Source: the human T2T-CHM13v2.0 reference genome, Homo sapiens
Direction of reading: 5' to 3'
DNA length: 64,000 nucleotides
Assembly (NCBI GenBank): GCA_009914755.4
Contig: CP068257.2
Location: 40,704,001-40,768,000 of the forward strand
The translations under genes were made by a program, and so were the position numbers. The notes beneath the pieces are model-generated. The model saw nothing but the letters and a program-made list of their open reading frames with translations, did no database searches and was not told the origin of the DNA. Of the stretch, positions 41,806-54,530 are shown in pieces (position 1 is the first letter of the stretch; every line of letters starts with the position of its first letter).

Positions 41806-44526
41806 CATACCCCTATATTGTAGCCTTAAGCTGTCTAAAAATAAAGTTTAAAAATAACAATGGAGGGAAATATTTGTATTCTATTTTTCTTAAGAAAATG
41901 TTACAGAAATGAGCCTTGTGAGCCTTAATCCTTTTTCCTCCCTCTATAATCTTGTCCTGAAATTAAGATATTTAGTATACTGGTTGTTGGGAGACAGTTC
42001 TCCATAAAGTTCTCACATTTCTGCACATCCTGTGAATAAGAAACTAACTATCCTTATGGCATAAGACCTAAACTTAAGGCACAATATTAAGTACTGCCTT
42101 GACATCTGGTGAAACAGAGAGGGCCTCAAGCAGCCTCACCAAAAGTTCCCCTCCCATCTCTACTCGTGGATAAGGTCCCCTAGCCAAACAACCCTCCCTA
42201 TCAAGGGGTCAGGCACTGTGCTTGCTTATCCGTGAGTAGCAGATTTCAGTTTTCTGCCAGCCCACAGAATTATTTAAACAAGCCAATTGCATCCTCCTGG
42301 GGGAACCACTAGCCACTACGCCCTCTTGATACTACAAAGCCTGCTTTCCGCAGCCTTTGCTTATTCACTCTGCTCCTGAATGCCACCTCTGTGTGGCTCC
42401 ACATGGCACAGTGTCCTCAGCCCCTGAGCTATAAGGATATGGGACTCACAAACTGCTATTGTTCTCACCTATGTTGTGTTGGGGTTGGCGTGTTCAGTCA
42501 TCCCATCATCCTAGGGTGAAATCCCTCCCTCACTAACGAAATGCATAGGAGGCAATTAAAACAGTTCTTTCTTCCAGACTATCTCTCCAAGGATGTTTGG
42601 GTCACAAACAATCTTGGAAAGTGGATAAAGTGTCTCCCTCTGAAGCAAAGAGCAGGCAAGCTCACTGTCCCTTATAAAACACTTGGATCCCTAAGTCCAG
42701 GGCTTCTCTCCTATAAGGCAACCCACTGTGTGTGCAGGTACCCATGTGAGCCCATTCCCGGTCCCAGTCCCTTGGGGGTCTTGGAGGCAAAGAGAACCAA
42801 CACAAGTAACCTTTCTTCATGCTGCTTGCTGTAGCATGAGTAATAAAGTCATTTATCTTTGAACCAGGAATCTCCTGTCTTCTGCCAGCAAACAGGAAAC
42901 TGGCAGACTCACCTGCTGGCTTGCACGTAGGATATAATAAGCTCAGCCCTTCCCACTTCTCGACACTGATAGACTAGATCAGATGAAATGTAGAAAATTC
43001 TTCCAATACTTGCCTTTAGCTTCACTGAGTCCCCTTGTAGCACGTGCATGTGTGGGCATGTATGGTTTGGTCTAATTTAGTCTGTTTGCTACCTCAAAAA
43101 TGTCCAGCTCAGGGCACTGTTAAGAGCTGAAAAGAACAAGTCAGAAATCCTTTAAAAATAATACTATTTATTCTTGTGTTACCAACTGGTGTCTTCTGTC
43201 TACTTGGACCTTTAAGTCAGGGAACCCCTTCTTCCTAATGGCCATCCCTTCCTTCTGGTAAGTTACAAGGACTGGGATTTGCCAGGTGTGTGTCTCTTTC
43301 TTATGAGCTGATGTTTCCTATCAGACTCATAAAAATTAAATATTGCAACAAACCACCCCTCCCTCTACTTGCAAAGAAAGGTGAGGGAGTTTTCTTAAGT
43401 TAACGATATCTTTCCCAGTGACCCTACAAATATGAACTTAAGCCACAGCTTGCCTTCGAGAATTAGTTCCTGGTCTGACCTTTAGTTCAATAAATGCCCT
43501 GAACAGAACCCTGTTGTGTAGGAAATTATCTAGAAGCAACTGTGGCCTCCGAGTACATAGCCAGTGGCAGAACAGAGGTGTGCATAGACCAAATTAAGGT
43601 GTGAAACCTGCTATTTATTAAATCGATTGACAGCACGTAGTGAAAAATGAAGGGAAAGAGAAGGTGAACACCTCATACAGGTGTGGGAGGGTAGAAGGAC
43701 CACATGCCTGAATTCTGGCCACGAGGAACTCACGCATCCTCTCCGTCTCTCCACCTTCTCCACCAGGGTCATAGTAATGGACATCTCAGCTGGGGACCAG
43801 GAGGTGGAGGGAGCCTGGGGCTAACACATGCTCTTGCTTTGTCTAAGAGATTCTGGGGGAGGGCTTGTGAGCTCAGCTGCAGCCCCGCACGATCCACAGA
43901 GCAGCCCATGTTTACTGCGCATTTCCGGGGCCAAGCGCAGGGTGGGTGGTCACCGTGAGCTGCTGGTTCAGGGCTGAAGGAGTTGTCAGCCTAGAGCACA
44001 CCATCGGTTCCCTGTGATGCGGCCTTCTCATCCTTTTCTCTCCCTAATGACGTTCTTGTTGGTTCCATCCTTCTCATCACACAGCATATCTCACAGAAGA
44101 CCACTCTTTCACTGTCCACCTTGAATACTCCTTATGAATGTGTGCCCCCATATGCACCTGACATACCTCCAGTTTCCCAAAATCCACTTTGTTTTCTTGC
44201 CTCCCACAGCAGAATTGCCTTATCTCACACAGTGGTGACAGCACTCTGTAATAATCTGCATGGGCCAGGGCTCCTTGGTTGCAGGTAACAGATACCACTG
44301 TTACGGCCCAACTCTGTTCTTCTATGTTGAAGCCGGAACCCCCAGCGCCTCAGAATGGGATCACATCTGGAGAAGGCGCCTTTAAAGAGGTGATTAAAAT
44401 TGTGAAATCAAGTTTAGCCTAAAGCTTCCCCCTTACATATTTTAAATTTGGACTAAAGGTTTCTCTGTACATCGTGAACTGTAACAGGTGGAGGCGTAAA
44501 CCGACCGTAGCCTACACTTGTGCCAA

Positions 44527-44623
44527 TCACCGAGTTCTGACCAATCAAATGCAGCCAACTGTCCGAACTGAGGTGCCAGTCACCGAGTTCTGACCAATCA
44601 AATGCAGCCAACAGTCCGAACTG
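44527..44623. repeat. Two copies of a 43-44-bp direct repeat (caccgagttctgaccaatcaaatgcagccaaCWgtccgaactg) separated by a 10-bp spacer
   Basis: Read directly. Confidence 0.9.
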
Positions 44624-44837
44624 CGTTCAAGTGAGGCAAAGGCGGAGCTGTAACCAGTCGGGCTGTTTTTGTGCCTCATATCCATTTTCTGTGCCTCACT
44701 TTCCTGTCTCTGTCCATAAATCTGCTTCCACCCCATGACTGTGCTGGAGTCTAAGCCTACTCTGACTCAGCAGGCTACCCGATTCGTGAATAGTTCTTTG
44801 CTCAATTAAACTTCTTTAAATGTAATTCAGCTGAAGT

Positions 44838-44882
44838 TTTTCTTTTCTTTTCTTTTCTTTTCTTTTCTTTTCTTTTTTTTTC

Positions 44883-44905
<23 letters not shown>
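44838..44905. repeat. (TTTTC)n simple repeat merging into the Alu poly-T
   Basis: ttttcttttcttttc... read directly. Confidence 0.95.
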
Positions 44906-45193
<288 letters not shown>

Positions 45194-45427
45194 AAGTTTT
45201 TCTTTTATCAAGTTAAAATGGGGTTGTTAGGGTGGGCCCTAATCCGACCTGACTGGTGTCCTTATGAGAAGAGGACATTTGGACACACAGACCCCAGACA
45301 CACAGACAGACAAGCATGGGAAGAGGCAGCACAAGGGTGCTGCTTGCAAGCCAAGGAGCAGCTTACAAGAAAAGTGTAAACTGACATGTAACTCCATTGA
45401 GCAGATCTGAAGTGGAAGGGTGCTTTT

Positions 45428-45637
45428 TATTTTTTTTTTTAAGACAGTGTCTCACTCTGTCGCCCAGGCTGGAGTGCAGTAGCACAGTCTCGACTCACTG
45501 CAGCCTCCACCTCCTGGGCTCAAGAAATCCTTCCACTTCAGCCTCCCTAGTAACTGGGACTACAGGCATGTACCACACACTCAGCGAGTTTTTGTATTTT
45601 TAGTAGAAACAGAGTTTTGCCCTGTTGCCCAGGCTCC
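45428..45637 (-). mobile_element. Alu fragment (antisense, truncated)
   Basis: tttttttttaagacagtgtctcactctgtcgcccaggctggagtgcagtagcacagtctcgactcactgcagcctccacctcc... Confidence 0.85.
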
Positions 45638-47439
45638 ACTGAGTGGAGGCCCAGGGAAACCACAGGAAGGCAGTGACCCACCTTGTTAACTGGCTCTGCC
45701 TACAGTCCTTGGTGAGAGCGGTTGTTCCTGGCCATCGTGGCTGGGCCATAGGCTCACTGCTCTGTGGTAGATGGAAGATATGGGCCTTGGTAATATACTG
45801 AAATGCCACAGGAAACCAAACCAGAAGTGATTTAACCCACAAGCACACTTAGGTTTATTTAACATGATGTCTCAAGGTGGGTGGGGGGCTCAAATCAGTA
45901 GCTCAGGGTTATTAAGGCTCTAGGTCTTGGGCCTTACCTCATTATTACATAATGGCTGCCTGCAACACCACATCACACCCACCTTCCACAACACCCAAAG
46001 GCAGGCTGCAAGGGCTGGCCTAGGAAGCCAGAGGGCGCTCTTCATTCATCAAGGGAGAAGCCTGCCCCACCTTCAAGGAGATGCCCCCTATGTCTCATGG
46101 GCCACATAGAATTGCACGGCCACTTCTGGCTAAAAGAGGGGCTGGGAAAGTGAATTCTTTCTCCCCCTTCCTTCGTAGAGTGCAAGTTAGGTAAGAAAGA
46201 ACGGATGGTGGACAGCCAGGAAACAGTCAGCTACGAGATGTTGTGTGGAAAGCCCACCTTTCTGACACTGGAGAACTGTGGGAAGAACGGACAGGCCACA
46301 CACCAGCTGGGCTCTGAGAACCCCCAGCTTCTGCTCCACAGTGAGCCAGCAGGAATCCAAAGGGCATGGGCAGACCCCAGGGGCTCCTTCACCCCACCCA
46401 GGGGTAGAGAGGGCAAGACGGAGTAGAGCGAGGTAAGAGACTGAGCAATGCGTTCCCAAAGACTGTGACTGACAGAAGCTGTGCAAATTATTATGACAAA
46501 CTGAATTTTAAGAGGAATTGGACTAAATAAAGTTAGCTCATTTTTACCTGTAATTAGCAGACAGAGAGTGTAAGATCAGACATACCATAGATGGAAAAGA
46601 AAAGCTAAAACTTCCTTGCACATCTGAGAGGTAAGAGGAGGTGTCTGTGGCCCCCCTGACACATACGTGACATATGTATTATTACGGCTCATGTGTGTGC
46701 TGCTGTGTGCAGGGGGCAGGGGGCTTCCCGTTCCTGATGGTTCTTCTTGGTGGGTGTCTCCCGGCCTCTCAGGCCTCTTTATCTGCTGAACGTGGTAGCC
46801 AAGGGTTTGGGAATGATTTGCCAGACTGGTTAATGTGGAAAGAGCTGGCCCCGCTCAGTTCTGCACCTCCCTCTTCCTCCCTGGAACCGTCTGGCTGCAG
46901 AGAGCAGGAGCTTTCCAGAGCTCCCGGGGGATCCCATCTCCAGTATAACTGTGCAACGTGTGCCCAGCACAAGAGCACCAGATGGAGGGACAGGTGGGAG
47001 GAGGAGGAACCCAGGGTGCATTTAGCTTGGGGCTTGCTGAGCTGAGGTCCCCAGAGCAAGGACGACTAGGTTGGGGGGACACCCTCTCCCAATCCTTGCC
47101 AAGCTACAGAGGGGCCAGTGGGAATAAAGTGACATTTTGGCTTCTGTATCCCTCCTCTGCTGTTCTATTTTCTAGTTCGTTCAGATCTGAGGTTGGGGAG
47201 GGGTTTTCCTGGAGGGGTCAGTCCATGCCACCCTCTGCAATTTTTATTACACATGCTTTCAGACATTCTGCTACAGGTTTCATCTCCTACGCCAATTTCT
47301 ATTTGGGAAAGCAAATAAACGGAAAGCTAACTTGTGTCACTTGGTCGCTGGGGCATCCGCAGTGAGTAGTTAAGAAATGCCAGGGGAGTCGGTGTCCATT
47401 TTCATGCCTGGACAAGAGTGCGTCTTGGACTTGCGTCCT

Positions 47440-47580
47440 GCTGCACACCCCACCGTCCCGCTGCACACCCCACCGTCCTACTGCACACCCCACTGTCCTA
47501 CTGTACACCCCACCGTCCTACTGCACACCCCACTGTCCTACTGCACACCCCACTGTCCTACTGTACACCCCACCATCCCT
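47440..47580. repeat. 20-bp tandem repeat (ctgcacaccccaccgtccta), ~7 copies, ~150 bp downstream of the TFF1 poly(A) site
   Basis: Read directly. Produces the repetitive ORFs 47377..47661 and 47418..47732. Confidence 0.9.
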
Positions 47581-47743
47581 GCTTTCTGCACTCAGCTGCC
47601 CACTTGTATCCCAGCTCAGGAAGCCCAGAAGATGCAGAACCTCTGCGAGAGCCCAGGGTGAAACGCTGCGCTTCACTTTCAAAGAAAGGAAAATCATTCA
47701 TATTCTTTAAAAGAATGAACAGCACAGATTAATATCGATCTCT

Positions 47744-47749
47744 TTTAAT
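47744..47749 (-). terminator. TFF1: TFF1 polyadenylation signal (ATTAAA variant)
   Basis: Minus-strand ...ggcctaaaaATTAAAagagatcgatatt lies ~180 nt after the stop codon. Confidence 0.5.
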
Positions 47750-47925
47750 TTTTAGGCCAATTTTGAGTAGTCAAAGTCAGAGCAGTCAATCTGTGTTGTG
47801 AGCCGAGGCACAGCTGCAGAAGCGTGTCTGAGGTGTCCGGTGGAGGTGGCAGCCGAGCTCTGGGACTAATCACCGTGCTGGGGACGGCACCGCGTCAGGA
47901 TGCAGGCAGATCCCTGCAGAAGTGT

Positions 47926-47942
47926 CTAAAATTCACACTCCT
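47926..47942 (-). CDS. TFF1: TFF1 exon 3 CDS (17 nt: completes E, then E-C-E-F, then TAG)
   Basis: Minus-strand ctctacag|AGGAGTGTGAATTTTAG. With exon 2 it gives ...VPPEEECEF*. Confidence 0.85.
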
Positions 47943-48073
47943 CTACAGGGGTGAGGGGGAGGGAGAAAGAGATGCTTTAGTGAGGATAAACATTTTCTTT
48001 CACATTTAAACAATTACAGAGTTTTTACTTTAAAGTATCCATAGGCACATTCTTTAGAAAACATGAACTGTCA

Positions 48074-48367
48074 GCCGGGCACGGTGGCTCACGCCTGTAA
48101 TCCCAGCTCTCTGGGAGGCTGAGGCGGGCAGATCACCTGAGGTCAAGAGTTCAAGACCGGTCTGGCCAACATGGTGAAACCCCGTCTATACTAAAAATAC
48201 AAAAAAAATTTAGCTGGGCGTAGTGGCACACACCTGTAATCTCAGCTACTAGGAAGCTGAGGTTGAACTCAGGAGGCAGAGATTGCAGTGAGCCAAGATC
48301 GCACCATTGCACTCCAGCTCAGGGGCAACGGAGCGAGACTCCATTTCAAAAAAAAAAAAAAAAAAAG
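48074..48367 (+). mobile_element. Alu (sense) in TFF1 intron 2
   Basis: gccgggcacggtggctcacgcctgtaatcccagctctctgggaggctgaggcgggcagatcacc ... poly-A. Confidence 0.9.
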
Positions 48368-48701
48368 AATACATGAAATGTCTTCAGATTTCCTCATGCC
48401 TTCCCCCTCTATCCTAGGCAAGCTAGAAAGCGTTACCAACAGTGGCTCTTCCCAGGCTTTTGGTTAGAGATGTGAAGAGAAGCCGGGGGGAAATCAGGTT
48501 TCTTCCCAAGTCCCTTAGCCCTGCCTTTCTATTCCTGGACCTGAATGCAGCCTGACTCAGGCTACCCCATTGCACCACCACTGGCGGCCGTGACTCTGTG
48601 TAAAGGCATAGCTGGTGATGCTGATCAGAGCCTCTGTAGTCTTAAATGACTTTTCTAACTAATTCTAAATCTTCAGAACCCATCGTATAAAAAGGCCATA
48701 C

Positions 48702-48854
48702 CTTCTGGAGGGACGTCGATGGTATTAGGATAGAAGCACCAGGGGACCCCACGAACGGTGTCGTCGAAACAGCAGCCCTTATTTGCACACTGGGAGGGCG
48801 TGACACCAGGAAAACCACAATTCTGTCTTTCACGGGGGGCCACTGTACACGTCT
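48702..48854 (-). CDS. TFF1: TFF1 exon 2: trefoil (P) domain
   Basis: Translates to (E)[50 protein letters not shown]. Acceptor cactttcag|AG, donor GAAG|gtatgg. 153 nt. Confidence 0.95.
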
Positions 48855-49276
48855 CTGAAAGTGCACAGGTAAGAAGCAAAGTAAGTTGTGGGCTGAATTC
48901 CTTGATGTTATCATGCACACACCCATCCAGCTTCCTTCTCCAATGACATCAGCAACTGTCCAGTGAGGCGGATATAAAACCCTCAGGACATGAGAGGGAG
49001 ACGTGGTCCTCACATCCTGATGTGCAAACATTACGCTCAGGGAAAATGCAAGGTGCCCCAGGTTTGTGGACTTTGCATCTTTCTAGGTAACTTATTTATT
49101 CACTTTTTAATTTCAACAAATGATTATTAAATTTTACTCAATACATAAATATTTACTGAGCACCATTTGTGTGCATGAGAAGTGGGAGCTAGCATGGCAA
49201 AAGCCAGGCACTGTGCCAGGTGAGAGAGACCCAGAAATTAAAACCAGAGAAGTCATTAATAAGAGTCTAAATATCT

Positions 49277-49573
<297 letters not shown>

Positions 49574-51857
49574 CTAAGGATCTGATGGAGGAGAAAGGCA
49601 AGAACATGTGCGAGACAACGCAAGGCCATCGTCCCAGGGTGCCCAGGGTAACCACGGGGGTAGGGCACTCCCCGGAGAGGCCAATGACAAGCAGGTTGAA
49701 CAAAGCAGGGGGGCTCCCTGCAGGAGGAGGTTCACCAGGTGAAGATGGAGCCGCATGGGCAAAGGCCATTCCAGAGACCCAGGTGTGTTCAGGAGGTGGA
49801 AACCCATTGCAGGTAAGGTAAGAGGACCGGGTGGGGTGGTCTAGGAGGAGCCGACAGAGGGTACAAGCTGTGAAACAGCTTGAAGCAGGGCAGTGAGGAA
49901 AGGGATCTAGAGGAGGAAGACACGTGGACAGATGGGGCTGGCTGGGGGCTGCCGCAGGATCTTATGCAAGAGGTTCTAACACCAGAGCTTCAGGCTCTGA
50001 GCTCCGCGGAATCAAAGGTCTCAGAAAGCAACCTATTAGGATCTGGTGGTTGACAGCCTGCAGCAGGGGGTGAAAGAGGAGCCCAGAGCACCCTCCGGTC
50101 CCTGTCCCTGCCTTGGGGCATAGGAGGGGAGGAACTCAGTCTGGCCACACTGGCTCAGGTGAGGGCGCCCCAGGGGAGGCCGAGAGGGGCTGTTCTCTTG
50201 TCTGCTTTGCTATCAGGGACTGCCTCGAGATGTCTTTGGAGAAAGTGTTCCTGGCTTGCTGGGAAGGATCCGTGTTCAGCTCCCGCTGCCCAGCAGCTTC
50301 CATGGGAACCTTGCCCTCCTGGGGTCTGGATCCATTGCGACGTGAAGGTGATCATCGCCCACCCCCGGGACACTGTGGGGGTCAAGAGAGGCCCCGTGGT
50401 GAGGGAGGATCATCATCCTGGGGGTCGGGGGGGTTTCCTCCTCAGGGAGGAAGATTTCCAGCCCCGGTGCTCTGCCTCCGGCAGACTCTGTCTTGCCCAC
50501 CCGCTTTGTCTTTGTCGCATGATGGAAATAAATGGAAATGGTTTCCACACACGAATGCACTAAACTGTAATCACAATTTTCTAGATTTCAGTTGTAACAG
50601 GATCATGGACCTGAGTGACCCGCAAAGACGCTCTGAGCCTTGAGCCAGAGGGTGTGTGGGGTGGGGAGGGGAGTTTGCCACGGCCTCTGTGATCCCACAG
50701 CACAGGGGGCAGAGCTGGGGGCTGGGGTGGGGGCAAGGGCGCAGGCAGATGGGCCTGGGGGTGGCCAGCACGGGGACCCACCCAGTTCGTTCTGTACACC
50801 GAGGCCACTTCCTCTCTCGGGTTCCAAAGCTCCCCCGCTCCCTGCCATGGGCTTGGGGGTCTTCCCACTGCAGCCCAATGCTGGCTGCTCTTCTACGCTG
50901 CCCAAGCCCACCCCTCAGGCCCGGTACCCCACAGCAGAGATCAAGAGGTGGCTGGAGGGCAGTGGGGGCACGGACAGCACCACTGGGCGCTCCCTCTTCA
51001 GGCCTCTCTGGAAACCCTTGCTTTGGAAACGTAGAAAGCCCTTTCTCCTGCCCCCACCTTGAAACTGTACCTAATAACGGCAAATAAGTTATTCAGCTCC
51101 CCACAGCTGGCAAAGTGCAAGTCGCAGATGCTGCCACACAGCATTTCCTGACAGCCCTAGGGCAGACCGTTGATCCATTCTGCAGGTAAAGGAGTTGAGA
51201 TGCAAACACTTCCCAAGGAAGCAAGAATGGCCTCCTCCTCCACTCCCTAGAAGGACCCAGGGCAACCGATCCACTTGACAACACCAGGGAATATGGGTTG
51301 CCAGCCACGCACTCATGAGAGAGGTGGCTTTGACTCCCAGAGCATGGATCCCAGGGGAGCCCAGGAACCTGTAGGAGAGGGTCTCCCAGTTGGCCACCAC
51401 TGGGATGGGCATTCGGGCCTGTGGGAGAGGGTCTCCCAGGTGGCCATCACTGGGACCGGCATTTGGGCCTATCTGGATGGGCCTTGGGAGGGTCTGCCCC
51501 TGGGGGAGATGTTGGCATGAACAGTCAAAAGCACTATTCTGAGACCCCACGCCAACACTTCCTCTTTGAAACATGACACTTGGGAGGATTGTATAGTCTT
51601 CCTAACACAGGAAAACAGCCCCGACTGAAGGCAGCCCCCTCCTCGTCGCATTTCTCGAAGGTCTCCGGGGGCCCTGCCACCCTGAGTTACTCTCCACCTG
51701 CTTTTGCCGATCCTGTAAATTGGATATACTTTTAAGGGCCTAGAACAGCACCTGGCACAAAACAGGTGCTCAAAAATATGTATGTAAAACAGTGGCTCCT
51801 GGCGGAGGCTGCCAGAGCTGGCTGTGGCCCCACAGAGCAGGAAGAAGCATGCCTTAC

Positions 51858-51942
51858 CTGTCTGGGCCTCGGCCAGGGTGCCGAGGGCCAGCATGGACAC
51901 CAGGACCAGGGCGCAGATCACCTTGTTCTCCATGGTGGCCAT
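51858..51942 (-). CDS. TFF1: TFF1 exon 1 CDS (signal peptide MATMENKVICALVLVSMLALGTLAEAQT, plus 1 nt)
   Basis: ATG at 51942-51940. Donor ACAG|gtaagg at 51857-51852. Confidence 0.95.
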
Positions 51943-52004
51943 TGCCTCCTCTCTGCTCCAAAGGCGACCCCGAGTCAGGGATGAGAGGCCGCCCGAGCCC
52001 CGGA

Positions 52005-52011
52005 TTTTATA
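52005..52011 (-). promoter_or_regulatory. TFF1: TFF1 TATA box (TATAAAA)
   Basis: Minus-strand gccctATAAAAtccgg lies ~65 nt upstream of the ATG, placing the TSS near 51982 (40-nt 5'UTR). Confidence 0.7.
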
Positions 52012-52313
52012 GGGCAGGCTCTGTTTGCTTAAAGAGCGTTAGATAACATTTGCCTAAGGAGGCCCGGGGATCCTCTGAGACAATAATCTCCACTGATTTT
52101 TATCAAAGGTGTTTCCTAGACATGGTCAAGCTACATGGAAGGATTTGCTGATAGACAGAGACGACATGTGGTGAGGTCATCTTGGCTGAGGGATCTGAGA
52201 TTCAGAAAGTCCCTCTTTCCCATGGGAGTCTCCTCCAACCTGACCTTAATCCAGGTCCTACTCATATCTGAGAGGCCCTCCCGCCAGGGTAAATACTGTA
52301 CTCACTGCAGAAG

Positions 52314-52320
52314 TGATTCA
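52314..52320 (-). promoter_or_regulatory. TFF1: AP-1-like motif (TGAATCA) ~-335 in the TFF1 promoter
   Basis: Minus-strand tgaatca. An AP-1-like element has been reported at about this position in the pS2 promoter. Recalled from memory. Confidence 0.35.
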
Positions 52321-52374
52321 TAGTGAGAGATGGCCGGAAAAAGGCTTGGCCGTGACAACAGTGGCTCACGGGGT

Positions 52375-52387
52375 GGCCACCGTGACC
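52375..52387 (-). promoter_or_regulatory. TFF1: Imperfect palindromic oestrogen-response element GGTCAcggTGGCC (pS2/TFF1 ERE), ~-393 to -405
   Basis: Minus-strand AGGTCACGGTGGCCACC read directly. Its distance from the TATA box and ATG matches the classical pS2 ERE location. Confidence 0.8.
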
Positions 52388-52480
52388 TTGCAGGGGGAAG
52401 GGAAGGAGCTCATGAAGCCCATTCCGTCTAGGCCTAAGCTAATTCTTTTACAGTGGAATTGTTTTAATAATGAAATTGTA

Positions 52481-52768
52481 GGCCTGGCGCAGTGGCTCAC
52501 GCCTGTAATCCCAACACTTTGGGAGGCCAAAGCAGGCGGATCACTTAAAGTCAGGAGTTTGAGACTAGCCTGGCCAACATGGCGAAACCCCGTCTCTACA
52601 AAAAAAAAAAATACAAAAATTAGCCAGGCATGGTGGCGGGTGCCTGTAATCCTAGCTACTCTGGAGGTTAAGTCAGGAGAATCACTTGAACCTGGGAGGC
52701 GGAGGTTGCAGTGAGTCGAGATCACCCTACTGCACTCCAGCCTGAGCGACAGATTAAGTCTCCTTCTG
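52481..52768 (+). mobile_element. Alu (sense), ~500 bp upstream of the TFF1 TSS and immediately distal to the ERE
   Basis: ggcctggcgcagtggctcacgcctgtaatcccaacactttgggaggccaaagcaggcggatcac ... Confidence 0.9.
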
Positions 52769-53894
52769 GGAGGAGCTGGGGGCAGGAGGGAGAAAAAAAT
52801 AGTATATACGAGCTGCCATCAAAAACTGACAAAGTGAACGTGGTTCACTCCCCTGTGTCTATGGGGCTCCCTCCCTCCCCCTCCCACACCTTCCCAGTTA
52901 GTCCCCTGGACTCCTGTATTTTAGAGGACAGCCTCCTGCTCTCCTGTACCATGCCTCACTCCCCTCCCCTGCTCGGAGCTTTCTCTTTCATAGCTCTTAT
53001 TACCTCCTGGTGGATAAAACAAGTGACTGACACATTATGTTGGTTATTTATTCATTGCACTCCTCCCTGCAGCAGACGGGAGGGCGCATGGGAGCAGAAG
53101 TCCTCATCTCCTAGTGCCTTGAGGTGGCCCCAGACCCTAGAACAGTGGCTTTGATTGGCATTCGAGAAACAGCTGTTGAAGAGCTGCATGAAGAAATGGA
53201 CAACAGGAGAAATCTTTTCTTCTTCAGTGAGAAATTAGGCCCTGAGGAAAATGCATGCTAGCCTAACAAAGGTACTATCTTTTCTTGGGTGACCTAGTCA
53301 GTACATTTCTGCAGCCCCTCTGGGAGGGGAGCCTGGGCCAGAATGGGGGCGGCCATGTTCCTCTTCGCTCCATCCCAGGACCCAGCCCCTCCTCCAGGGC
53401 TGCCACTCCTGCACCGGGGTCTCCACTCCTGGGCCAGGGTCTCCAGGAGGGGCCTGACCGCAGGACCCAGGGAGGGGCCGAGGCCTGGTGTCCTCTGTGG
53501 TCAGCTTAAGTTTATTGAAAACAGGACGGGGGCACCAGGCCCAGGGTGGTGCTCATAGTGACGGTGGTTTTCGCTGCTCTAATTTCTCGGATCAAAATGG
53601 GGGCTCTTGGAAATGGGATGTAAATTGCACAATCATTTGGAGAAAAGGTGGGCAGTGTTCGGTGAGGTTTAAGCCATACAGATTTTACAGCTCAGCAAAT
53701 TCTTCTGTTTCCAGGCCTGGTCTCTTAATCCCAGAAACATGTTCATACTTGGGCAGAAGAAAACACAGGCAAAGATATTCTTTTTAGCATTGTTTGTAAC
53801 AGCTGGAAACAGGGAAAGAAGGAAGGAAGGAAAGGAGGGAAAGAAAAGCAAAATAAATATTCATTAACCAGGGAAAGGGAAAATGAACTTAAAA

Positions 53895-54530
<636 letters not shown>

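Noticed and set aside
50100-51100. Cluster of 130-176-aa ORFs in both strands
   Set aside because: Lies inside TFF1 intron 1 in GC-rich sequence. The ORFs overlap each other in multiple frames and have no homology.
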